Shown piece by piece: positions 51,061-63,153 of a DNA stretch of 64,000 bases. Under the pieces are notes generated by a model. The model did not search any database. It was not told the DNA's origin and saw nothing but the letters and a program-made list of their open reading frames with translations. Origin of the DNA: Felis catus (Eukaryota); assembly GCF_018350175.1 (NCBI RefSeq), contig NC_058368.1:77130001-77194000 (forward strand), read 5' to 3'. How positions within the stretch are numbered: position 1 is the stretch's first letter; every line of letters starts with the position of its first letter. Made by a program: the position numbers and the translations under genes.

Positions 51061-54000
51061 GCTTCACGGTGATCAGCCCACCCCTGCCAATGGCCGTCCC
51101 GTTGACATTTCAAGTTAGTGAACAGAGAAGTGTGTGTCCGGTGGGGGAAACAAGGAAACATCTCGACCCAAAGAAATAAAACTCTCTAGGTAACAGGAAG
51201 GAGAGATCTTCTCTTTATAAACTTGAGATGGTGAAGGCCCGTCTAAGAAAGACACAAATCTTAGGATTTACGCTGGAGAAGACAACTGGAGCCATTATAG
51301 AGTAAGGTAAAGCTTCTAGAAAAAATAGATGATGGCATAAAATTAATACCTTTAATATTTACAAATAGATAACAACATAAAAAAGAGCTAAAAGACAAAC
51401 TTCAAAACTGGCAAACATTTATGGAAATTGGGTCATAAATTAATACCTTTCACTCCTACAAATCAATAAGGGATCTGAAGAGGAAATATGTTGAAAAAGG
51501 AGCATCAATTGGCCATTAACACATGAAAACAGAAGTCGGACTAATAACAAATTTTAACCATTGCATTGCTAAGGAAGTCAATATTGTCAACGGACACAGG
51601 TTAAATCCTCACTATCAGGCCCTCTCAGTGGAAGTGTAAATTGAAACAGGCTTTTCCTGCATAAATCATACAGAAACAGGAATATTACTTTATTAATTAC
51701 TGGAACCTTATCATGAATTACATTTTATTTTTGCATTAAACTGCCGTTTGTTTGCCTGACCAATACATACATCATCCCTTTGTGCCCCTTCACAAGTGGC
51801 AAAGCAAAAGCAAATCCAGCTTTTCTGAAATGGTGCTTGTAAGTTCTATCTGTAAGTTATGTGCCTGCTCTTAGACATTTTCAATGCCTTGTAAAACACA
51901 CTTCAACTTTTTAGCCTCACTGCTTCATCTGTAAAATTAAAAAAAAAAAAATCTTGCCATCTTTCTCCTCTCTAAGTGGAAGGTGAGTTAATTTGCCCAA
52001 ATTAGTGAAATCTGATCATCTTCTGGTGGCTTCTAGGTGGCTGTTTATGAGTAGCGGTTGGCCATGTATTGATCCAAACATAGATGGAGAAAAATTCATA
52101 TATCTTTGTAATAATGGCTCCCTCCCCCCTTTTTGTTTTTGAGAGCTATGTTTCAGACACAGTATGTGGTAATTAGCAATCACTCAATAACTTTTGATAG
52201 ACTGGTTGTTTTACTGATTGATCTCCTCATTTAATTCGGACTTGTTAAGTTTTATAACCCCGCCTTTTATAGGACAGAACGGAAGTGAAATTCACAAGCC
52301 CAACACCTGCTGGAGGTCTCACGCGAGAAAAGGAGAAAACGCAGAGGCCACTCGTCCCTGGTTTCTGTTGGCAGCCGCGCGAAAACCGAATTCTGAAGCC
52401 CCGGGTTGGGCCTGGCTTCCCACGTGCTTGGACTTACCTTTTCAAACCAACTTATAACACGTTCTTAATACAATTAAATGTAATAAAATGTTTGCGCTCC
52501 CTTGTAAAAATTCAGTGATGGACTTGAGAGTTTTTACAAAGCCATCATGAATTTTGATACCTAGAAGTATCCTGAATGCTTGTTACCTGAATGCAATTTT
52601 CCTACCAGAGTCAAGCGCACCTTTCCCTAGGCTTACCTGGAACAGCCTAGGGAAATGAACAGGCAGAAATAGAATGATCTTCCCGGCATTCAGGTATATT
52701 TACACGGTTATCTGAACCTGACCCTCACGGGATTGTACATCTGCTTCTGACACTATCAAGCTGGAAAGCGTAGGTAGGTTGTAGCCTGCTTGACAGGAAG
52801 CTGGATGTCATTGTAATGTTGATGGCTTCTGTGCTGATTTTCTAACTCATCTGAGGATGGTTCTCGTCAGTCTGCTCCCCCCTTGGGTGGTTCCATCGCT
52901 GGCCCCACCCAACTCCGTGTCAGGAACGCTTGACAGTGCGAGGGCTCTCAAGGTGCGGCAACCTTTTCTCCAGTACAAATCATTCCAGGGCTTTCTCTGT
53001 GAACGTTCCAAGTAAACGAATGACGGACAACAGTATGAGCCCCTTCCTTTCCTTTTTTTCGCATTGAGATGTCCCTGTTTACTCTGGAGAGATATTTGGA
53101 AGAAACACTGGGGGACGTTTCGCTGTTACATCCACCGAGTTCGGTTCATACAATTTTTAAAATACCGATTTCACTTCGCTTCTTTGTTTAAGTGGAAATG
53201 TGATTACTCGAAGGCTAGGTGCGGCTGCAGTCACAAATAATATAGTTATTTATTTTCCAGAGCGCAGTGTACTAGGATATTGAAGTAGTTTATAATCATC
53301 CAAACAAATATCCTTTTGGGGACTTCCCGGCTAGGAGGGCTGAAACGTTTTCATTAGGAGGAAGGGATTTATTCATCCGTAAATCTGTTTCTAGGTAGTG
53401 AAACATCTGAGCATTTGCATAAATAACCACTACAGAAATGTAAATGACAAAGGAGGATTTCATTATCATAAACCTCTCGGGCTACCTGAAGGGCTTGGAA
53501 TGCGGGCGGATCTGGTTTCAAGTACCCTCTCACCTTTACAAGACAATTATCTCGGGCATTTCTGGGGAGAGAAAGAGCCCTACCGTGCTTCTTGGCTACA
53601 GTCCTCACATACTAACTAGCTGGATCTTCGAAATGCAATTGAACGGCTCCTCTTGGCTATTTGTGTATTAAATATCTATGTGCAAAATCCTCCTGTGTTT
53701 CATCGTGCGTGCGGGCATTCGGTTGCTCTGAGAACATTTCCTGAATTACCCCTGGAAACCCAATGATTATAACAGGACCAGACTAATCAGAAAGCTCTCT
53801 CTGCAGCCTGGTCCATTTTGCAAATCACTAGCACACAGATTTCAATTTGCTCGCATCATGAAAGAGGAAACTCGTGTGGATTTAAAAGGGAGAACGTCAG
53901 ACCCATGATGGCAGCGCTGACTGATGCAGAACATCAGCCCCAGAAGGCCGAAAACGAGAAGGCATTCCCTTCGGGCGCTGTGTATACAGGCACGAGGTGT

Positions 54001-54188
54001 GTAGCAAACAGAATTTTCGAAGGGTGGTAGGATCCTGCGGCTGATCAGCGTGCTAGGGTTTCACCCTTGGGCTCTGCCACTAGGTCTGCTCGGGTTTCAA
54101 GGGTTGGGGGTCTGTGCTTCAGCCGACCTGCTCCAGGAGATTAGTTCATTTTAGGAAGGACCCTGGAACTTCTCAGCCCATCTGGATC

Positions 54189-54191
<3 letters not shown>

Positions 54192-54226
<35 letters not shown>
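54192..54226. repeat. (GT)n microsatellite
   Basis: About 17 perfect units. Confidence 0.95.
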
Positions 54227-54227
<1 letters not shown>

Positions 54228-54690
54228 TGCGTGAGAACTGTACATATACTAAGCCTTCCAAGCGAAGCCTCTCTCTCCTATCAAATTTCCAACCTGCTTG
54301 GAACCCCCCTTCCAACCCCCCTCCCCAACTTGCTTCCACTGCTTTGCTCCAAGCCTGCAATGCTTTCTAGAAGCCCGGTCGCTGGTTTGATGGCCTTCTC
54401 CTTCCATCTACTTCCCTTCTCCCTTCACTTCAGGCTAAGCAACGGCACTGTGCCGTCGAAGAAAAAATTTAAAAAGAAGGCATTTTTCACTCTGGCTAAA
54501 GCAGAGAAAGCACCCATCCATCCACATTGTCCCCCGCTAGAGAGAAGTTAAAAAATAAATGGAAATGCTCAAAAAGTCAGGTGTTTGTGAGCCAGAAAAT
54601 TAGCTCCGGTTTTCGGTGAAATTCTCATTTAATCACATGGCTTCTGGTAGTTCATAAGTATTAGTCTTGGTTTGTTTCACTGTGTGTGGT

Positions 54691-55263
54691 TGATGAAGTT
54701 TTGGGGTGATGGTGGGGTGGTCCAGAGCCGGCGGCCGAGAAAGAATTCTTAAAGACGTCTTTGGTGCAAAAAGGCAATTCTATTAAAGCACGGGGACAGG
54801 ACCCGTGGGTAGGACGAGCTGCACTGGGGTCCTGATGGGTAACTCATTATTCTATATGCTCAGGCTGAGAGGGGGTCAGGGATAGAGTTAAGTCTCTAAG
54901 GTAATTTGGAAACAAGGTTTCCAGGACCTTGAGGGGCTAGCTGTTGCCAGGGAAATGCCACTTATATTACCGTTTAATAAAGCCTCAGTCATGAGACCCT
55001 TCAGATGCATATCGGGGACCATAAGCTTGGAATAGGATTGCCTGCATATATCTTGGGGCAGTTGAGATAAAGGAAGTAGACTGACAGGATCCTCGAGGTT
55101 GGGATAAGGTGAAGCCAAGATTCTCTTTTGCCCCCAGCAAAGTGTCATCATGGAGGCAGCTGAGCTCCTGGAGGGAGGTCACTCTGCCGGTTTCAAGGAC
55201 TTGTCAATGGGCTGTAGGATGTAAGGGAATTGAATTTTTCATTTGCCCTAGTTTCCCACATCA
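54691..55263 (-). mobile_element. Carnivore ERV1-type solo LTR (CarLTR-like)
   Basis: TGATG…CATCA inverted termini; GAAAGAATTCTTAAAGACGTCTTTGGTGCAAAAAGG and ATTAAAGCACGGGGACAGGACCCGTGGG recalled from carnivore LTRs; no clean TSD. Confidence 0.75.
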
Positions 55264-55912
55264 CTGCGGCAAACACTTTAACCCTTTTCCTTTGTTCGTG
55301 GGTAGGTGGGAGCGTCCGAGGAATATCACACAGATCCCACGTGTTGGGGGAGGGAAGGGTGTGCCAGCCTGTGTTTTGCCCTCAACTCTCCCCAAGCTCC
55401 CTCATCATAGTGACAGGTGTGGGACAGTTTCATAGGGGACATCTGTCTGGTACATTCATATGAAAAATATATCATGGTAGATGGTCACAATCCTTTATTT
55501 CACTTTCTATTATTCCCTACCTCTCCTGAAAGTAAGAGGTGATATTTAACACAAATATTGGGAGTTAGGGCATGTTAACAATACTCATTTATTTATTTGA
55601 CTCAGAGTAATAGCACGAATAGTTACGCTTCTTGGGTCTAACTGTGAGTCACTGTACTAGGTTTTTTACGTATATTATGTCCTTAAATTCTACCATCAAC
55701 TCTACGATGTAGGTTTGGTTATTGTCCATCTTTTACCAAAAAACATGAAGCCTAAGGGGTTGTGTTTTTTTTTTTAAGTCTTACCTGTTGGGTTTTAGAG
55801 CAGAAATTGGGTTTTAGATCAGAAATTGCAAACAGTTTTCCCTTTACTAGGGCTATAGCAGTTCACACTCTTACAAGTCATGTCAAAAGATGTCCATTTC
55901 CCACACTCTGTG

Positions 55913-56098
55913 GGTTTTGTTTTGTTTTGTTTTTGAGAGAGAGAGAGCAGGAGAGGGGCAGAGAGAGAGAGGGAGACAGAGAGGCTCCCCGCCCTCAGTG
56001 CGAGCCTGACCTGGGGCCCGAACCCACAAACCGTGAGATCATGACCTGAACCAAAATCAAGAGCTGGATGCTCAACCGACTGAGCCACCCTGGGCCCC
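55913..56098 (-). mobile_element. CAN-SINE
   Basis: Reverse body; CACTCTGTG on both flanks. Confidence 0.92.
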
Positions 56099-56119
56099 CC
56101 ACCTTCCCCCACTCTGTGC

Positions 56120-56339
56120 CTTTTATTTTATATTTTATTGCTTTTTAATTTTAATTCCAGTTAGCTAACACACAGTGTTATGTTAGTGCGGGTGTACAAT
56201 TTAGTGATTTGACACTTACATACAACTCCCAGTGCTCCTCACAAGTGCCCTCCTTAATACCCATCACCCGTGTTTCCCCCATCTCCCCTCCCCCCATCTT
56301 GCCTCTGGTAACCATCAGTGTGTTCTCTATACTTAAGAG

Positions 56340-56372
<33 letters not shown>

Positions 56373-56869
56373 TTTTTCCATTGCTCATTCCACATATGAA
56401 TGAAATCATATGCCATTTGGCTTTCTCTGACTGATTTATTTCACTTAGCCTTTGCTCTATCCATGTCACGGCCAATGGCAAGATTTCATTCCTTTTTATG
56501 GCTGAGTAATATTCCATTGTATGTATATACCACATCTTCTTTATCTTTTCATCTATGGATGGACACTTGGGCTGCTTCCAAATCTTGGCTGTTGTAAACA
56601 ATGCTGCTATAAACACAGAGGTGCGTGTATCCCTTTGAAATAGCGTTTTTGTATTTTAGGGGTAAATACCCAGTAGCGCAATTGCTAGGTCATTCCGTTT
56701 TTAACTTCCGGAGGACCCTCCATACTGTCTTCCGCACTGGCTGCACAGCCTGCATTCCCACCAACAGTGCACGAGGGTTCCTTTTCCTCCACATCCTCGC
56801 CAACCGTGGTTGTTGCCTGCGTTTTTGATTTTGGCTATTCTGACAGGTGTGAGGCGATACCTCATTGTA
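56120..56869 (-). mobile_element. Carnivore L1 (L1_Carn-like) 3' end, 5'-truncated
   Basis: ORF2-derived MFIAALFTTAKIWKQPKCPSIDE…WYIHTMEYYSAIKRNEILP, 3' UTR, T-rich tail. Confidence 0.93.
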
Positions 56870-57529
56870 GAGGCCTAAGAGTCTGAACAACTTCCCTGGT
56901 CTCACAGCCAGCAGCGGTGGAGCTGCGCAGCCGCTGGGTGGCATCAGTCCATCCCGCGATGGTACGATGCTGCCCAGTGGTCACAAAAGTCAACAGTAGG
57001 AGAAGCAAGGATGTGTGCCTCACAAGTGGTCCAGCCACCTAAAAACTGGTGTGGGGTGCCTTGTGACGCGGTGGCTTGATGCTATGGAGCAAGGGTATGG
57101 AGATGGCTAGAAATCGTGTCGATAGCAAACCTCACTGAAGAGTTACGCACCAGGCAGGATGATGCCAGTCAGCCTCTTTCTTCTCTGATTCTCCCCTGGA
57201 GCGATCTCAGGTCCAGCTGGGGAGAGGGACACCTGATGATGACTATTCCGTGGTGTTAGTTGGTGCTATGTGAGAATACAGTGTGGCCTGGCACTGATTC
57301 AGCGACATCCTTGGACACAAGGGAAGGCTGGAAGAAACGCTTCTCATTGTTTTCTTCAGTGGGCAGGCTGCCATGTTTTTCTCTATCGAGATGAAGTGGC
57401 CTAAGTCAACGTGGGTGTCTCTTTTCATCCGTTGTTTCTCCATCTACCACCCTTACGTCTCTTTCAAGACGCACAGACTGGGCAGTGTGGTCTCGTGAAA
57501 CAAGCAAGACTAAAGAGTTACACATACGT

Positions 57530-57845
57530 GAGAGCAAATTCTGGCTCAACCCTTTAATAGTCCTATGCTCTCGAGCAAATTATTCTGATCTGCTTGGGTC
57601 TCTAGGTCATCAACTAGTAAGTGAGGTTGAGTTATGATGAGGCCTCACCAGATAATGTATGTAAATTTTGAGGACTCGAATTATTTAAACTCTGTAAGGT
57701 TCTGTTTCTTCAAATAATACGCGGGGGTAAACTATTATAAGAATTGGATTGGGTCATATATATAAATTGTGAAAACATGCTTAGATAATATATGTAAATG
57801 GTTTTATACAATTCCTGACATATAGTTGGTACTCAATAAATACAA
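57530..57845 (+). mobile_element. MIR fragments
   Basis: AATTCTGGCTC…GCAAATTATT…; CCTGACATATAGTTGGTACTCAATAAAT. Confidence 0.6.
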
Positions 57846-58103
57846 GCGATTTCTCCCTCACATTACCCTGCTCCAAATCACTATTGCTGTTGTTTATTTT
57901 GTCGGGAAAAAAAAAATTTTTTTCAAAGATTTGGAAATGAGCGAAATGGGTTACTGGGTAGCCTTTCAGTTTTGCAGTGGTTATGGGGTAATGCAGCGCT
58001 GCTCGGTAGAACTTTCTCTGGGAACGTGCTGCACCTGCCCTGTCCACGTGTGGCTAGGGGCCATGGTATTGAGTAGTGTGGGTCTAGCCAGTTTTCTGGG
58101 GAC

Positions 58104-58294
58104 CAATTTTTTTTAAAGTTTATTTATTTTGAGAGAGGGAGTGTGAGCAGGAGCGGGGCAGAGAGAATCCCAAGCAAGCTCCGCGTTGTCAGGGTGGAGC
58201 CTGATGGGGGGCCGGAACTCATGAACCGCGAGCTCCTGACCTGAGCTGAAATCAAGAGTCAGAGGCTTAATGGACTGAGCCATCCAGGCACCCC
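58104..58294 (-). mobile_element. CAN-SINE
   Basis: TSD CTGGGGAC at 58096-58103 and 58295-58302. Confidence 0.93.
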
Positions 58295-59714
58295 CTGGGG
58301 ACTGATTTTATAGGAGTTTAGAACTTTAATTACCTATCTGTTGACGAGGCTGTTTTATAATTCTTTAGGGTGGAAGTTAAATTGTAGAAATCTGATAATG
58401 CAAATGATTCTTGCCCATGTCAAAGCAAATGAATTTTATCCAGTACATATAACTGATTTCTACCTTACAGAAAAGATGACCCAGAACACTGCATTTTATT
58501 TCCCTATCGGATACTAGTTAGTGTTTACGTCTATTTGTAAATTCATTTCAGCATTCCTGAGTGGCTACGTCAATGTGTAGTTCTTTAAATTTGTTTTTGA
58601 ACTGGTTTTAACATCTAGTTAGTTCCCTCTGTTATAAATGAATTACATAAAGTCGTTACATGTACTCATTTTATTTTTACATGACAATGATGATTTTTAC
58701 CTTGAAAAATCAGGTGTCCTCGCCCACTTATAACGTTATAATGTTTCTATTCCAGCTCAGTTAACTGGGAAAATGGAACATCTTTTTCAATGTAAACTGT
58801 GTTTGTGGTTGCTTCTATTACCATATCTATCTGTCACTTGGGGGAAGGCGTGGTAGGAAATTACTTGATGTGGTCATTGCAGGGTTGAAGAACAGTACCA
58901 GGAAACCACACAAAACAAAGAAATAAATTCTAAGCTTGGTCCATGAGTTAGCCATTTCTCCTCGCTCTAGAAAGCTGCCTTCACGGATTAGAGACCACAG
59001 GGCCTTTAACTACCATGTCGTTGCTCATTTTGTTGCTCTATATTTCATTGCCGTAAGAATGGAACCACGTGTGTTCTGAGATTGTTCACGATATCCAGAT
59101 GGAACCTGGCCGCACTACTGGATGATGCTGTGTGGTACATGGGGGCACAGGGGATGTCGGGTCCACGGTGAGAAGAGAAAATGCTGATCACAGAGCTCCT
59201 GTTTCTAGGCAAGTTGGACAAATAAAGACAAATACAGTTAGCGGTGCGTTAAGAAAATTGCTTGAGAATTAGAAACAGAAGCACCGTGCAGATCAAGAAA
59301 AAATTAGAGTTGAATTGTGCCTTACGAGTTCCAAACGTGGACTAAAAGTGTGAGAAACGGCAAAGGCTTTAAAATAAGTGACACGACACGTGTACAACCC
59401 ACATCCCATACAGCTGACCCGTATCAGCCTCTGCCTGGAATGGTTTGGGGACCGGAAATAGTAACCTGCTGTGAGTTTCCAAGGGTGTTTAAGGTGGAGA
59501 TGGTGCCACCTACGCCTTAAAATGCCCCCAAAAGCCTGAGAATAGAAACAGGTAAATTCCAGGCTAGTTGAAATCAGCTCCATGAAAGTCACACTAGAAT
59601 TTTCCACCACCTGTTGCTCTGACCAACATAAGGCCCGTCTGATGCAGAGATCATTAAAAGAGAGATTCCTGAGTGTGTGAAAAGGAAGGAGGCGAGAAAA
59701 AGAAGAGGCATCTT

Positions 59715-59940
59715 TTTTTTTTTTTTAATTTTTTTTTCAACGTTTACTTATTTTGGGGACAGAGAGAGACAGAGCATGAACGGGGGAGGGACAGAGAGAG
59801 AGGGAGACACAGAATCGGAAACAGGCTCCAGGCTCTGAGCCATCAGCCCAGAGCCCGACGCGGGGCTCGAACTCACGGACCGCGAGATCGTGACCTGGTT
59901 GAAGTCGGACGCTTAACCGACTGCGCCACCCAGGCGCCCC
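59715..59940 (-). mobile_element. Young CAN-SINE (SINEC_Fc type)
   Basis: TSD GAGGCATCTT at 59705-59714 and 59941-59950. Confidence 0.97.
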
Positions 59941-61604
59941 GAGGCATCTTGACAAAGTGGATTATCACCTAATTATTAAAGCAGTCACTATAATGACATC
60001 ATGGGGAAGGGAAAAGTGTTCACCAAAGAAGGTTGAGTGAGAAAATAGAACATAATTTTACAGAAACCGTGACCACTGAAGACATAAAAGTTATATATTT
60101 CTATGGATTAAAAGTCAGAAGGAATCGTGCAAGGCTTATTTCTTTCAGCTTAAAATTGTTTTCTCTTCCCATCCTTTACACATGATTGAACAACACATTA
60201 TTTACCTTTGAAAACAAAGTGGAAAAAGAAAGAAAGCAGGAGAGAAAAGATGAAAAGGAGACACTAAAAGAATCCAGGGAGACAAAGGGAAAAGCAGAAA
60301 GCTTCAACGGGAAAGGAAAGTCAGAGTCGGGAGAGTTGCAGCTCCTTTGATGGCCGAGCAGGGAAGGCACAGGGCATGGGGGACTGTGACCTGGGACGGC
60401 CCATCCCATGTCCTTCCCCACTGGCTTAAAACACCTGCCTGCCCAACCGTGACGCATCATGCTCCGGGGTTTCCTTTCCCCTGCTACCAGAGGTGACACA
60501 ACCGCCCTGTGCAGGGAAAGGGGGCTTTGTGCGGGGACAGGGGGTTCCTGCTCCTTAGGTAACCTCTGTCTTAGGAAGTGAAATTGTCAGAGCAGATGCT
60601 TGAAGAGAGGTGCTCTGCCGGCCTGGCTTTCACAGGCCAAGTCCTCCTGGGCGCTGGAGAACAGGGAGGGGCTGAAGGGCTGGGGCCCAAAGTCCTTGAT
60701 ATTGAAGAAGTTTCAGTCAACTTCACTCTCCTGGAAGTTGGATGGCAGAGGTCTCCCTTGTGACACTTCTAAACACAATCAGAAAAAAAAATGTTAGACA
60801 GACACAAGCCAACAGGGAGACCCTTATTGCATTTTGGAGGCAGGAGATCGCAGCCAGAGATGAACACACCCCAAAGAGTGTAGATAATGGTGGATGCTGG
60901 TAACGCCAAGCAGACAGACACATACACATGCAGCTCCCGCCAGATCACTTGGAAAGAACTACAGGTTCTTTATGTGACAGTTTATAATGCAATATGTATG
61001 GTTCTCCGATTTGGATTCTAGCTTGGCGGAGCTAGTTATTTTTTACGCTTCCATAGGCCAGTGGCCAAACTCGAACCTACCTAACCTTCGCAGTTTGTAT
61101 GACCGTGTTTTGCAAGTTGTAGGCGTTCCATTGGGGAACCACGTGGGCGGAAGACGGCTTTGCGGTCAGAAAAAGTCCAGGTCTAAGCTCAGCCTCCCGT
61201 CCGTCGGTTTATGACCTTGGGTGAGCTCCTTGCTCTCTCGAACACTCACCTGTACGCAGGAGATTTAGTGTGGATCCAGCGAGATGATGTTGATGCAGCA
61301 GGTAGGGTGTATAACACACAGCAGGACCACGGCAGGACTCACCCTGTAAGGGCATTCTGACGGTGGTGTGTCTGAGTGAGATTCCTGCTTGACATTTTGT
61401 AGTCCAACTTGAAGGGTCACGTATCAGACATGTATCTATCACCTGGGATCGATGAATACAGTGGAGCAGAATGTGACTAGACACTATTCGAATAAACATG
61501 AACTTCTTTTTTTTTTTACCTATGTAGAAAAACAGAAAATAATATTCAGCAAGGATATCGGGAGTTCACACTTAGGGAATCGAGGCTAAGAAAATAACAT
61601 GAAT

Positions 61605-61760
61605 GAGCTCGTGTAATCCCCACGCCAACTTTGGGAGAAAAAGGTCTGCTGTCATCTCATTTCGCCAATGAGGAAACTGAGTTAGTGAGATAAATTGCCC
61701 AAAGAGCCACACCAGTGAGAAAAAAGAAGGATTTTGGAATTAGGACTTCAGCTTTCTGAG
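61605..61760 (-). mobile_element. MIR
   Basis: CATTTCGCCAATGAGGAAACTGAG…TTGCCCAAAG. Confidence 0.7.
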
Positions 61761-62059
61761 TATAGATGGCAAGATTTAACAAAAAACACTCTGGAATTGT
61801 ACAGGGAAGGGTTATTATTACATGGGAATGTCAGTCGCGCACAACCTTAAACCTGAAAATGGAGAAGTGATGTTGTTCTAGAAGAATGCCTTTATGTGGC
61901 ACACTGCTAGTGGGCTAGAGCACATACAGAGAGCGCTCTTCAGTATGCAGAAGGGGGTTTGTGAGAGGCAGGGAAAGAGGATGGGTCAGCATTGGAAACA
62001 AAAGGGAGTGGCCAGGAGGCCAACTTGGCAGTGAGTTTCCAGCAATGCAATAGGGTATC

Positions 62060-62412
62060 TGGTTCCACAGTTTAATCAAGGCGCTGTGTGCAGAGCGCCA
62101 CCAAGAGTCTCAGGAACCACAAAGGAAGTGAGGACGTCTCCCCCCCCCCCCTCCCCCGGAGGGCAGGGCTACCGGCCGAGGCACGCAAAGTCTCCAGATT
62201 CCAGAGACAGAGAGTGCCCGGTGGAGGAGACACCATGACAAGAGCACTGGTCTTCTACTGAGGAAGGGGAGGTGAGAATGTAGGGAGGGAGCCAGAGTGA
62301 TGCCACCCACTTCCTTTCCTCCAGCCTGCCTGTACTCCCAGAGTACAGGGCCCAACTGGAAACGAGGAGTCCACTGAAATAATGCACACAGACCAAAGGA
62401 AGATACCCACAG
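62060..62412 (-). mobile_element. Old ERVL LTR (LTR33-like)
   Basis: GGAACCACAAAGGA…CCATGACAAGAGC…CCCAACTGGAA pattern, recalled only. Confidence 0.45.
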
Positions 62413-62624
62413 ACAGACCATGGAAAGTTTCATTAGGATGTCAAAGAGTTGGGTTCTTATCCGACAGGTGGCTGAAAGACATTAAAAGTTCTAGAAGACA
62501 TGGCTCATCAGCCCCGTATCCCAATGGGCACATCCAGCTAGCATGCTTTGTGGCCGCCCGACTTGCTTCCCTCGCTCAGATTCAATGGACTGTGATTTTG
62601 AGAACGATGGAATTAAGATGCACA

Positions 62625-62880
62625 AAACTGGGGGCGGTGTGCAGGAAGGATGCCGATGCAGTGATGAACAAGATGAGAGCCCGAGCAAGAGTGGTGTCGA
62701 TGGGGACGTGAGGGAGAGACTGAGTCTGACAAGTATTTTGGAGATAGGATATGGATGTCGAGGGGGCGAGGAGTCAAGCATGAGTCTAGATCTACTGCTT
62801 GAAAGTATGAGTAGGTAGCGGTACCACCCAATGAGGTAGAGAACACAGGCTTAGGAGGCAGTTTAGTGATGAATATAGCC
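62625..62880 (-). mobile_element. L2 fragment
   Basis: AGTATTTTGGAGATAG…GGAGTCAAGCATGA…GAGAACACAGG. Confidence 0.65.
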
Positions 62881-62934
62881 AATTTAATAAGTTTAAATTT
62901 GTAAAGTAGGATTGTAAGAGTCACATAAATTTAA

Positions 62935-63153
62935 TTTTCTTTTTTTTTTTCAACGTTTATTTATTTTGGGGACAGAGAGAGACACAGCATGAACGGGGGA
63001 GGGGCAGAGAGAGAGGGAGACACAGAATCGGAAACAGGCTCCAGGCTCTGAGCCATCAACCCAGAGCCCGATGCGGGGCTTGAACTCACGGACTGCGAGA
63101 TCGTGACCTGGTTGAAGTCGGACGCTTAACCGACTGCGCCACCCAGGCGCCCC
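62935..63153 (-). mobile_element. Young CAN-SINE (SINEC_Fc type)
   Basis: TSD AGAGTCA(C/T)ATAAATTTAA at 62917-62934 and 63155-63172. Confidence 0.97.
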
